DNA of 64,000 nucleotides, from positions 64,001 to 128,000 of IMG/VR virus record IMGVR_UViG_3300005611_001698; one strand, written 5' to 3'. Position numbers and translations under genes: made by a program. Positions within the stretch are counted from its first letter, which is position 1; each line of letters opens with the position of its first letter. This document shows, one piece after another, positions 45,513 through 54,533 of this stretch. Under the pieces are notes generated by a model. It made no database searches. It was not told the DNA's origin and saw nothing but the letters and a program-made list of their open reading frames with translations. Source of the stretch: a virus (taxonomy: Duplodnaviria > Caudoviricetes).

Positions 45513-47186
45513 TTATATTTCTCCACCTTCGGGAGCCACAGTTTTCTTACCTTCACCTTCAAGATCAGGTTCCATGATTGGTTGACCTAAATCTGGACCA
45601 GTGCCAACTGCTGATTGTTGACCCATTTCTCCCATACCATCCATTGACATTGCTGTTTCAAGAGGATCAACGATGATTCCATCCTTGATTTCTTGTTCGA
45701 TTTTTGCATCCTCTTCCAAAATATCAGCATCAGTTTGACGGATAATCTTACGACGGACATAATCCTGTGAGAAGTATTTGCCAATATAAGGTTCTGCAAT
45801 AGTTGCCAGATTGATTCTGTTCTCCATGAGTTCTGCTTCTTTCAGTTCAGCAAAGTGATTGTCATAGAGGAAATCAAACTGAATGTGCTCCGACATCCTT
45901 TCCCAATCTTCGGGAGTAACGACATTTTTCAGAAGCAATTGTGTTCTCAGCATGTCAAGGAACATCTGAGAAAATCTCTTTCTCAAACGCCCAACAAACT
46001 TACTAAATTTGAGTTCGTCTCTTAGAATTTCAGAAGAACGTCCTAGATTAAATCCCCCATCACCTTCAATACGTGAGATGGGAACATTGAGAGACTTATA
46101 CAGTTTTTTCTTGAAATATTCAACGTCAGTCAGTTCGCCAAGGTTTTGTCCACCAGGAAGAGTTGTAATTTCAGTTCCACGACCACCTTCTCTACGTGGC
46201 AACCAGAAGTCTTCCATCATGGACATAAACTTCTTGTCATCACGAATCTCACCAGTCGCTGCGTTATAAACAAGTTTATTTCTGTAACGTGACATCACAT
46301 CACGTAAGTATTGTTCTGCTTTAACTTTGGGAAGATTACCAACATCGATATAAAAGATACGACGCTCAGGTGCTCTACTCAAACGGTAGATAACCAGAGA
46401 GTCCTCAATCATTCTAAGCTGATTGAGTGCCTTAATTGCTTTATGAAGATATGAAAGTGTTGATCCTTTATTTCTATCTACAAGACCTGAGGTGCAATAT
46501 GAAATAGAATCTTTTGAAAACTTAACTCCTTTTTGATCCTGTGATGCGGAAGGATTGCCAACTGGATAGTTAAGTTTTGGAGTATAAACAAAATATTCTT
46601 CAATCTCTGGAAATGCCTGATCAACAGAATTAAGATCAGTTTTTCTAGCAGTTACACCTAAGTCTTTTGTATTTTTCTTTGCATGACGCACATATTTCAT
46701 CTTTGCTGCGTCAATATAACGAAGTTCTTTAATTCCTTCCTCTGGTTTTTTTAAATCAATAACTTTATGGTAGTATAATCTCCCGTCAATATACCAGTTA
46801 CGATAAATCTCATGTGATTTTTTATCAAAGTCAAGAAGATCTTTGATGTTTTTAAACTCATCTCTAATTACTTTCTTGATTCCATCAGAGGCATTAAGGT
46901 TTGACAGTTCAATCTCAACGGGACTGTCATTAAGGTCGCTTACAATTGCCTCATTTACAATATCTTCAATGGCACTGTCCACTTCTGGATGCAGTGCCAT
47001 CTCTCTATAACGACGAATAAGTTCAACTTCGTTTTTATATGTTCCTTCTAAATCTACGTAAGATCCGAAAAATCCAGATGTAATATAGTGGTCATTCCCG
47101 TCCTCGCTTGAAGGAGGAACAGGACTGACCACTGATTTAGATTCTTCTTGGGAATCTTCAATTGAAAAACCGAATAGTTTCGCCAT
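45513..47186 (-). CDS. gp20: Portal protein gp20
   Basis: YLHKAIK..NQLRM.ED..VIYR..RAPERR.FYIDVGN; EDFWLPRREG. Confidence 0.99.
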   Translation of the reverse strand: MAKLFGFSIEDSQEESKSVVSPVPPSSEDGNDHYITSGFFGSYVDLEGTYKNEVELIRRYREMALHPEVDSAIEDIVNEAIVSDLNDSPVEIELSNLNASDGIKKVIRDEFKNIKDLLDFDKKSHEIYRNWYIDGRLYYHKVIDLKKPEEGIKELRYIDAAKMKYVRHAKKNTKDLGVTARKTDLNSVDQAFPEIEEYFVYTPKLNYPVGNPSASQDQKGVKFSKDSISYCTSGLVDRNKGSTLSYLHKAIKALNQLRMIEDSLVIYRLSRAPERRIFYIDVGNLPKVKAEQYLRDVMSRYRNKLVYNAATGEIRDDKKFMSMMEDFWLPRREGGRGTEITTLPGGQNLGELTDVEYFKKKLYKSLNVPISRIEGDGGFNLGRSSEILRDELKFSKFVGRLRKRFSQMFLDMLRTQLLLKNVVTPEDWERMSEHIQFDFLYDNHFAELKEAELMENRINLATIAEPYIGKYFSQDYVRRKIIRQTDADILEEDAKIEQEIKDGIIVDPLETAMSMDGMGEMGQQSAVGTGPDLGQPIMEPDLEGEGKKTVAPEGGEI

Positions 47187-47214
47187 TATGCAATTTTTTA
47201 CGATGAACTATTTA

Positions 47215-47847
47215 TCAGTTCAGCGCACCAGGACCACCAGCGATTTCAAAGTATTGAACTTGGAACTCAACAGTAAACTCCTCAATGGTGTTCTCAGTAT
47301 CATATCCAAGAGCAATCTCGGAAACGGCAGTTGGGAAAATATCGTAGAAACGATACGATCTCAGAACGTTTGCTTTTGTTCCAGTGGTTCTGCCTTGTCC
47401 TGCATCAGGAACAGCAGTAGTGGTTTCGATCTGACCAGATGAACCTCTGCCTAACTGATAGACATAAGCGTCTTTCATGTAAGCATTGGGGTTAGATGCG
47501 CCAGTATTGTTGGAGAGTTTGCTGATACCGTTCATCCACATTTCCATTGCATGACGAATTCTGAAATCCTCATCATTGATGATGGTGAGGGTCCAAGGAT
47601 CGAAAGTTCTATCGCCAGCAACTTTCAGAGTACGACCTCTGAAAGGAACATCGATAGAAGCAACGTTGGATGCTGGGAGGTTAGCAGCCTTACACATGAA
47701 GGTAAGGTCTTTCAGCATTTCACCATCTTTGGTAACATATGCTGGGAACTCAGGAATCGTTACCTCAAATAGATTGGGGCGGGCCCCGCCCCCTTTGAGG
47801 ATAGACTTAAAGTTGGAAAGTGTTTTGATTTGTGGTGCTTCGGCCAT
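47215..47847 (-). CDS. gp19: Tail tube protein gp19
   Basis: GGARPNLFEV, FRGR.LKVAGDRTF..W, IEEFTVEF. Confidence 0.96.
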   Translation of the reverse strand: MAEAPQIKTLSNFKSILKGGGARPNLFEVTIPEFPAYVTKDGEMLKDLTFMCKAANLPASNVASIDVPFRGRTLKVAGDRTFDPWTLTIINDEDFRIRHAMEMWMNGISKLSNNTGASNPNAYMKDAYVYQLGRGSSGQIETTTAVPDAGQGRTTGTKANVLRSYRFYDIFPTAVSEIALGYDTENTIEEFTVEFQVQYFEIAGGPGALN

Positions 47848-47887
47848 TGTTTTCTATGCTCCGTGGAATCTTCGTAAGGGGAATGAA

Positions 47888-50110
47888 TCAGACTCTACCA
47901 GCAACTTCCTCAAAGCTGACACCAGTTCTGGTGGCAACGAAGGTGAGGGAGACATAGTTGATAGACTTGGCGGGCTTCAAGAAGATGTCCGCTCTGAACT
48001 CGTTGTTATCAATAACATCAGGAGTGTTATTTGTTTCGTCACAAATAACGAGGAAGTCATAAATTCCTCTCTTTGCCTGAACATCACGCAGATAAGGTTC
48101 TACGATGTTGACAAAGTTAGCTCTTGTGATTTCATCATTGAGTTCAAACAGTTGCGCTTTTGCAGCACCCTCTAAGGCTTGTTCCACAGTCAGGAAGAGA
48201 CGCCTTACGTTGATTCTATCGAACGCGGAGGCATAACCAAGGGCAGTCTTATCACCGAAGAGCAGAATACCGATACCAGGTTGGAATGAAATTGGGTTTA
48301 CACGTGCCTGATAAAGTTCGTCTCTTTGATTTTGATTTGGATTATATGCCAGTTTAACGGCATTGTTCAGTACACCACGCTGCTGACCAGCAGGTGAGAA
48401 CCATGGGAACGCTCTAATGTTAGTGCGAACCATGAGACCAGCAACGTCAGCATTCGTAGGAATGTAACGGAACTGATTGTTGAAACGGTCATAAGTGTAC
48501 TTATAACCAGAATCAATGATGCCATAGGAGGAAGACTTAACTCCGTTGGCAAACTTGACGATGTTGGAGGTCTGAGTGTCATCATCGATAACACCAACAA
48601 CACCAGATCTGTGTGGAGAAACAACAGCAACGCAATCCTGTCTCTCTTCGGCAATCGAGATCAGTCTGTTTGCCTTAGCTTGTGACTCTTCAATACCATT
48701 GATCGAAGGACCCATGATCAGGTAATCAACCTCAACCTCTTCCTTATTACGGAACAGATTGTATGAGGTGATCAGATCACCCAGAGTTGCCTTGTGACCA
48801 CCAGTGCTGCTGTAATCAACACCGCCACTGAAAGCATAACCAACGTTACCCAGAGCAGAATAAGTAACACCCTGAGCATTTTGTCCCCACAGACCCTCAG
48901 AAGTGGTATAAGGAACAAAGTTGGTTGAGAATCCAGTTGCTCTTGGAACAGTTCCCCAGAAAGAATCTTCATCGCTAGATGGGTTAACACCAGCGTAGGC
49001 ATAACCAGAGAAATCTGCCAGGAAGTCCTTGTACCAGATTTTCTGTGGAGAGTTTACAGAAGATACTGCATCAAGTGCCTTGGACAGTGAAGAGAACTTC
49101 TCAACAATATTGCCTTGAATACCAGTTACATTTCCTTCATCATCAACGATACAGATGTTCATTCCATCATTGTATCCCTGACGCTCAGTGACGTAGTTGT
49201 TAGAAACTGGTTTTGGAGAAATGGACTTCCAGAAAACATTTCCATTTACAATTGGAAGTTGCTGTTGATCATACCAGTCAACAGCAGTAACAGCAGAAAT
49301 GCCAGAACCAGTTACTGCACCAGAACTGTCTTTGAAGGTAATCGAAGTATCATCTTGATAAGTGCTTCCGATTGAAATCGAAGCAGAATCACTATTCTTT
49401 TCGTAAGAAATTCTGGTCTCAGTTGAACCTGCGCCAGAGGCATTGACACGTGAGAACCACTTAACATCAAAAGTGGAATCTCCACCATCTGAATCGGTCT
49501 TAACACCAGTAACAATACCTTTCAGATATCCAGTGGTGATAGTTGAAATCGTACCAGTTGTTGCGTTAGGAATCACCAGATTAGTGAGACCAACTGTAAC
49601 TGCATATCCAACAGTAACACCAACACCAGCAAGGCTAGTTGTGGTAACGCCAACGGTTTGATCTGCCAGATCATCGATGAAGCAGAGTTTCAGACCGTTT
49701 GCCCACTTACCAGGAGTTTTGGCGGCATAAGTCCAACCAGTGTCAGTGGTGTAGTTTTCTTTATAGTCGTCGTAGTTTTTAATTTTGAGTGCCGTATCGG
49801 CATATACATCATTACCAGCGTTAGCGTTATTCAGAGTAGAACCATTGGTTCTTACAACTTTAAGAACACCACCGTAAGTAAGGAAAGAACTTGCACTCAT
49901 CCAGTACTCATACTGGGCATCAGTGCTGATTGGTTTACCAAAGACTTCAATCAGTTCTTGCTCTGTTTCAATGGTATATGGTTCATCAACTGGACCTTGT
50001 GTAAAAGGTCCGCAGATGCCACCAATGTTATCTAAAACGTTTTCGGCTCTACCGACAGTGAGATCTACCTCTCTAATCAGTACACCAGGAGACAATAATG
50101 CTACTGCCAT
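47888..50110 (-). CDS. gp18: Tail sheath protein gp18
   Basis: SPGV..REVDLT, WFSPAG, FDRINVRRLF; TATAAATA 50148-50155. Confidence 0.97.
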   Translation of the reverse strand: MAVALLSPGVLIREVDLTVGRAENVLDNIGGICGPFTQGPVDEPYTIETEQELIEVFGKPISTDAQYEYWMSASSFLTYGGVLKVVRTNGSTLNNANAGNDVYADTALKIKNYDDYKENYTTDTGWTYAAKTPGKWANGLKLCFIDDLADQTVGVTTTSLAGVGVTVGYAVTVGLTNLVIPNATTGTISTITTGYLKGIVTGVKTDSDGGDSTFDVKWFSRVNASGAGSTETRISYEKNSDSASISIGSTYQDDTSITFKDSSGAVTGSGISAVTAVDWYDQQQLPIVNGNVFWKSISPKPVSNNYVTERQGYNDGMNICIVDDEGNVTGIQGNIVEKFSSLSKALDAVSSVNSPQKIWYKDFLADFSGYAYAGVNPSSDEDSFWGTVPRATGFSTNFVPYTTSEGLWGQNAQGVTYSALGNVGYAFSGGVDYSSTGGHKATLGDLITSYNLFRNKEEVEVDYLIMGPSINGIEESQAKANRLISIAEERQDCVAVVSPHRSGVVGVIDDDTQTSNIVKFANGVKSSSYGIIDSGYKYTYDRFNNQFRYIPTNADVAGLMVRTNIRAFPWFSPAGQQRGVLNNAVKLAYNPNQNQRDELYQARVNPISFQPGIGILLFGDKTALGYASAFDRINVRRLFLTVEQALEGAAKAQLFELNDEITRANFVNIVEPYLRDVQAKRGIYDFLVICDETNNTPDVIDNNEFRADIFLKPAKSINYVSLTFVATRTGVSFEEVAGRV

Positions 50111-50196
50111 TTGTTACTCCTTTTTTAGGTCCATATTTGTCTAAGATTATTTATAAAATAGTGGTATTTAGAGGGGGGAAATGAGACGTGAACAGA

Positions 50197-50436
50197 CTAC
50201 CAATCTGGATATACATCTTTTATCCTAGGAACTGGGTTGTATTCTTCTTTCCTCTTCTCAGTAATTCTTTTTATTGTACAATCCTTACATTCGTAAGAAT
50301 ATGATGACGGTACAGAACCTTTGTCTTTGCGAGTTCGATAAAATTCTTCAATCAAGTTTTTTTTCTCGCCACAAACTTTACACCATCTCTCTCTGAAAAG
50401 TAAGTGTTCTAGTTGAAACTGATCTTCTAAGTCCAT
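50197..50436 (-). CDS. Small zinc-finger protein
   Basis: CKVC...FY...SYECKDC; TAATG-coupled to g17. Confidence 0.7.
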   Translation of the reverse strand: MDLEDQFQLEHLLFRERWCKVCGEKKNLIEEFYRTRKDKGSVPSSYSYECKDCTIKRITEKRKEEYNPVPRIKDVYPDW

Positions 50437-52082
50437 TAGAGGTAATCCCACATATAAGATCGATCTCCATATTCATCCGCAAACCATCTATCACCATCAG
50501 CATCTACGAAACTATTATCACCTAGTCCATCATCTAAGAATCCAAATGGAGCCATATCCTGCTCAATTTGATTCTTCTGCTCTTCATATAATCTCTTACG
50601 AACATCCTGATCAGTAAGTTCCTTAAAGTAATCCTGTGCTACCAACCAAGCATAAATGACAAGACACATCGCAAGGTCATCATTACATCCCTCTTCTGCT
50701 TCAAATGAGTTTCCTTTTGAAATGAAGGTAGTAAGTTCACTGATAACTTCATAATCTTTAAACAGAAGTTTGTCCGCTTCAATCATTGTTTTAAGATTGA
50801 GTGATCCAACTTTCTTAACAGTCTTGGACATTTTAATGCCAAGTTGAGTTTTCTTTCCAGAGAAACCTTGTCCAACGATTTGTCCTGCTCTTCCGCGCAT
50901 AGAGCACATCAAAAGATTTTGATATTCGAGATCATATTGAAGAATTGAAGCTACCTGATCTCCAATATCATTTACCTCGCACAATATGAATGCATTATTG
51001 TATCCCTTACAAGTTTCCCATATCACGTTTGGGAAAAGCATTGGTTTGATATCGTTCTTTCTATACTTTGCTACAAGTTTATGTGGAAATGTTGTAATGT
51101 CCACAACAACAAAAGCAGAATAATCTTCACCAACTCCTCTTGCTACGTCAACGGTACAAACATAATCATGATTTGGAATCGGATCTTCATAAACATCTAA
51201 TCCTTGATTTGATTTGATTGGTGCATCATAAATCATACTTCTTAATTTTGCTGGCGCAATCAAAGTATCAACAGATCCTAAGAACTCACACTCAAACTCA
51301 ACACGGAACTGTTGTTCACTTGTGTTCTTAATTGTCTGTTCTCGCCAAACATCATCCCTACCAGGAACTTCTGACCAGTGAACCTGAGTTGGGACATATT
51401 CATTTGCACCTCTCTCCGCATCATGCCACATGCGGTAGAAATGATTCATACCCTTAGGGGTAGATACGATAATAATCTTAGTAGACTTACCAGATGAAAT
51501 CGTAGGATAAACTGAACTGAAAAAGTCGTCAGCAATATGATTTGGCACGAACGCAAATTCGTCCAAGAACAAGATATTAAATGTCATACCACGAACGGCA
51601 GCAGCAGATGTAGATGCTGCAAGAATCTTACTGCCGTTCTCTAACTCTAAACTACCTTTGTTCCATGCCAAAATACCTTGTTGCATCCATTTAGGAAGAT
51701 TCTCATATGCTGTTTGTAATCGAGCAAGAAGATCTCTTGCGGTAGATGCTTTGTTGGCAAGAATACCAATATTCACATTGTCATTAAAAACTGCATAATG
51801 CAACAAATAAGAAACCGACGTGGTAGACTTACCAGTCTGTCGTGGCATCATGCAGATATTAAATCTATTTTCGTGGAACTTACGAATCAGTCCTTCCTGA
51901 AACGGCCACATTTTAAATGGAACAAGACCTTCATCAACGTTAACGATCTTGATATAATTCAGAGCAAAGTATACTGGATCTTCTTTACACTTGATAAACT
52001 CTTGAATCTGTTCAGCAGTAAACTCAATCTTTGTATTTGCTTTTTTTAGATTGGGATTACCTAGATATACTTCGCCTGACAT
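50436..52082 (-). CDS. gp17: Terminase large subunit gp17
   Basis: YLGNPNLK, PRQTGKST, LDEFAF, DVARG, DDL.M. Confidence 0.98.
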   Translation of the reverse strand: MSGEVYLGNPNLKKANTKIEFTAEQIQEFIKCKEDPVYFALNYIKIVNVDEGLVPFKMWPFQEGLIRKFHENRFNICMMPRQTGKSTTSVSYLLHYAVFNDNVNIGILANKASTARDLLARLQTAYENLPKWMQQGILAWNKGSLELENGSKILAASTSAAAVRGMTFNILFLDEFAFVPNHIADDFFSSVYPTISSGKSTKIIIVSTPKGMNHFYRMWHDAERGANEYVPTQVHWSEVPGRDDVWREQTIKNTSEQQFRVEFECEFLGSVDTLIAPAKLRSMIYDAPIKSNQGLDVYEDPIPNHDYVCTVDVARGVGEDYSAFVVVDITTFPHKLVAKYRKNDIKPMLFPNVIWETCKGYNNAFILCEVNDIGDQVASILQYDLEYQNLLMCSMRGRAGQIVGQGFSGKKTQLGIKMSKTVKKVGSLNLKTMIEADKLLFKDYEVISELTTFISKGNSFEAEEGCNDDLAMCLVIYAWLVAQDYFKELTDQDVRKRLYEEQKNQIEQDMAPFGFLDDGLGDNSFVDADGDRWFADEYGDRSYMWDYL

Positions 52083-52083
52083 A

Positions 52084-52245
52084 TTAAGTCCACTTTGGAG
52101 GATTATGTGGGCACTTTGCAAAGGGGAGTTTTGTCTTTAACTCCATAAAGCAATTACAAATAGAGCACCTCTTATATTTACCCTTCAAATATTCGCACGA
52201 TTCGCAAATTTTTAATCTTTCCTCAGCAGATAATTTTTCCATCAT
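52084..52245 (-). CDS. 53-aa Cys-rich protein, absent from ORF track
   Basis: ERLKICESCEY...RCSICNCFMELKTKLPFAKCP...KW. Confidence 0.75.
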   Translation of the reverse strand: MMEKLSAEERLKICESCEYLKGKYKRCSICNCFMELKTKLPFAKCPHNPPKWT

Positions 52246-52268
52246 GATTGTAATATAATAATTATATA

Positions 52269-52559
52269 TTAGTCTTCACTTTCTTTTTTGAACATATCAG
52301 TCATTCTTTCATGAAGAGATCCGAATCCAGTTTCTAAATCTGCCATTCTCTTTTCCCAAGTATCTCCACCATCATCACCTTTTCTTGGGTTAATGCACTG
52401 ATGATTACCTAATCTATTACAAACAAGTCCAGCAAGGTCAAGTTCGTTCCCTTTCTTACCTGTGCCCGACCAATAGTGTTGGCCGTTAATCCAAACAGCA
52501 CCGCACTTAGGACATTCTGCTCTGCTCATGGACAGATCGGACATTTCTCTGTCGTTCAT
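52269..52559 (-). CDS. Hypothetical Cys-containing protein
   Basis: CPKCGA.WINGQHYW...LAGLVC...CINP. Confidence 0.75.
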   Translation of the reverse strand: MNDREMSDLSMSRAECPKCGAVWINGQHYWSGTGKKGNELDLAGLVCNRLGNHQCINPRKGDDGGDTWEKRMADLETGFGSLHERMTDMFKKESED

Positions 52560-52564
52560 TTGTC

Positions 52565-52768
52565 TTATTCCTTATAGTTGGATAAATGAAGATTGAGTTG
52601 CTTCTTCAACCTCCTCCCCATAAACCACATTCTAGTCCTGACCCAAGCGTAGCGCAACTGTAAGTCAAGAAAAACAAAAACACGCAGAGTGCCTTCGACA
52701 CCTGCATATGCAATCATTAATACTACGATTAATAATGTAAAATAAAGTCCAATGATAGATGGATCCAT
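52565..52768 (-). CDS. Small membrane protein
   Basis: ATG 52768, hydrophobic N-half; downstream of TTGACG-17-TATCAT. Confidence 0.6.
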   Translation of the reverse strand: MDPSIIGLYFTLLIVVLMIAYAGVEGTLRVFVFLDLQLRYAWVRTRMWFMGRRLKKQLNLHLSNYKE

Positions 52769-52801
52769 TAAGGCACAGAGATATTTAATAATAGTATCTA
52801 T

Positions 52802-52830
52802 ATGATACATTATTTCTGGATTATCGTCAA
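52802..52830 (-). promoter_or_regulatory. sigma70-type promoter TTGACG-17-TATCAT
   Basis: -35 at 52830-52825, -10 at 52807-52802. Confidence 0.6.
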
Positions 52831-52844
52831 GTATCAAATGTTAC

Positions 52845-54200
52845 TTACCTAGTTTCTCGCCACTGAATAGTATTCCAAACATCTGTTGTCGTATTAGTAT
52901 CTAGGTTCCGAACAATAACGGCAAAAATATTACTGTCGTTGGAATCAATATTTTGTGCGATATAAGATCTTCTAGCAGTCGTTGGGTTAAATGCAACACT
53001 AGCAGATGCTTGTTTACCTGATGGATTATTAGCAGCAATCAAAGTTGCCTGTCTCAAATCTCCACCAGTTGTTGTGAAGTTAGTCCCTACCGTGACATTA
53101 TATTCAACTGCTGAATCATTATCAGCATCTACCCAAGTTCCACCAGTAATATTACTATTTCCAGGTAATCTCCAAAGTTCAATTCTGCAATTTGTAGAAT
53201 CACTCAAAACTTCAATGTCAGTTACTCTTACAGTTGTTCTGTTTGGAATTCCCTTAAATGTGTTCTTACAACGAATTGCCATAACACACTGTCTCGCAGT
53301 CGCACCACCAGCACTGGAAAAAGATATTGGACCATCAAAAGCACCAAACTCAACACCAGTCTCAACATATCCACCTTCACTCATTACAGTGGCACAAATC
53401 TGTTCCATTGATGTAATACCAACAGCAGTGCCAGTATTGGCAACTTCACATCGAATTGGTAGTGAAGGTAAACTCCAATATGCGTGTTCTAAATTATTTG
53501 CGTGTTGGAACTCATGGAAGTAATAATTTGTTCCATCTAAAACTAACCCACACCTAAGTCTTCCAACTCCCAACCACTGGAAGTCTGTGATAAACAGTTG
53601 AGTCTTTGTCCAATCAACAGTAATGCTGGAAAGACCCGTACCATCAAGTGGATCAAGACTCCAATTGACTTGATTAACTACAACGTCACTTGCAATGCCA
53701 GTATTATATGATCTTCTTACAATAGAAACTGTTCCATCTCCTGCCTGTTGCAAAAACACTCCGTTCCTATCATCAAAGTATCCAACTTTTTTTGTTGTGT
53801 TTTCTCTATAATCAATAAAGTTAAAACTTGCCATAGCAAACTGAGATTTGCCTGGCATATAGTGATGATACATTCTTGACTGGTGTATCACCTGTGAGGT
53901 TGAACCAACACCAACTATGAGTCCAATAGATGCTGTGTTTGCATTTACTTCTGTTGTAGAACCAGCACCAATTTTCTTCGTCAGTAATTCAACTTCTTCG
54001 CCATAAATGTGAGAATAGTCTGCAAGAGTATATGGTTCAGATACCCGCATTCTACCAAATGCATCATATCCTCCTCCACCTACTCCTGTGCCAACTCCAC
54101 AGTTTCCGATATTGCCATATCTATCGGCACACATGAAAACTTCATGAAGTGTCCTTTCTTGATTCAAATAATCTTGTGTATTCTTATTCCACTGAGCCAT
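52845..54200 (-). CDS. Conserved phage hypothetical, probable virion protein
   Basis: DAFGR.RVSEP, Y.PGKSQ, FQWLGVG motifs; beta-rich. Confidence 0.75.
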   Translation of the reverse strand: MAQWNKNTQDYLNQERTLHEVFMCADRYGNIGNCGVGTGVGGGGYDAFGRMRVSEPYTLADYSHIYGEEVELLTKKIGAGSTTEVNANTASIGLIVGVGSTSQVIHQSRMYHHYMPGKSQFAMASFNFIDYRENTTKKVGYFDDRNGVFLQQAGDGTVSIVRRSYNTGIASDVVVNQVNWSLDPLDGTGLSSITVDWTKTQLFITDFQWLGVGRLRCGLVLDGTNYYFHEFQHANNLEHAYWSLPSLPIRCEVANTGTAVGITSMEQICATVMSEGGYVETGVEFGAFDGPISFSSAGGATARQCVMAIRCKNTFKGIPNRTTVRVTDIEVLSDSTNCRIELWRLPGNSNITGGTWVDADNDSAVEYNVTVGTNFTTTGGDLRQATLIAANNPSGKQASASVAFNPTTARRSYIAQNIDSNDSNIFAVIVRNLDTNTTTDVWNTIQWRETR

Positions 54201-54206
54201 AATTTA

Positions 54207-54533
54207 TTAAACCCAATCTAATTTGGCAGGATGATATCTTTTACTGTTTGTAATGTTAATTGATTTAGTTCTTTTTTCTTCGACAGGATAAACGTTCTGA
54301 ACGATTGCGCCTGGGTATTCATCCTGAATATCTTCTGTCAAGTCTTTGTTGGAGGGAAGATCTCCATCAATAGAAAACTCCATTCGATAGAGATTACCTT
54401 CCCATACAACGTCAGCAACAAAGTTCTCGCCAACCGATTGTTGCTCTTGCTGTTCACCACCGATGATAAGTGTTCCGTTAAAGTCTCCTGCGATATTTAC
54501 GCTTTCGGAGAGAAATTGTTTGAAGGATTTCAT
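54207..54533 (-). CDS. Hypothetical protein with capsid-targeting-like N-terminus
   Basis: MKSFKQFLSE; TGATG-coupled. Confidence 0.75.
   Translation of the reverse strand: MKSFKQFLSESVNIAGDFNGTLIIGGEQQEQQSVGENFVADVVWEGNLYRMEFSIDGDLPSNKDLTEDIQDEYPGAIVQNVYPVEEKRTKSINITNSKRYHPAKLDWV

Noticed and set aside
47576-48175. 199-aa plus-strand ORF across g18/g19
   Set aside because: Antisense to two conserved structural genes, no expression signals
6650-52082. Introns or inteins in nrdA, nrdB, g41, g43, g20, g17
   Set aside because: All are uninterrupted ORFs of ordinary length with no intein motifs
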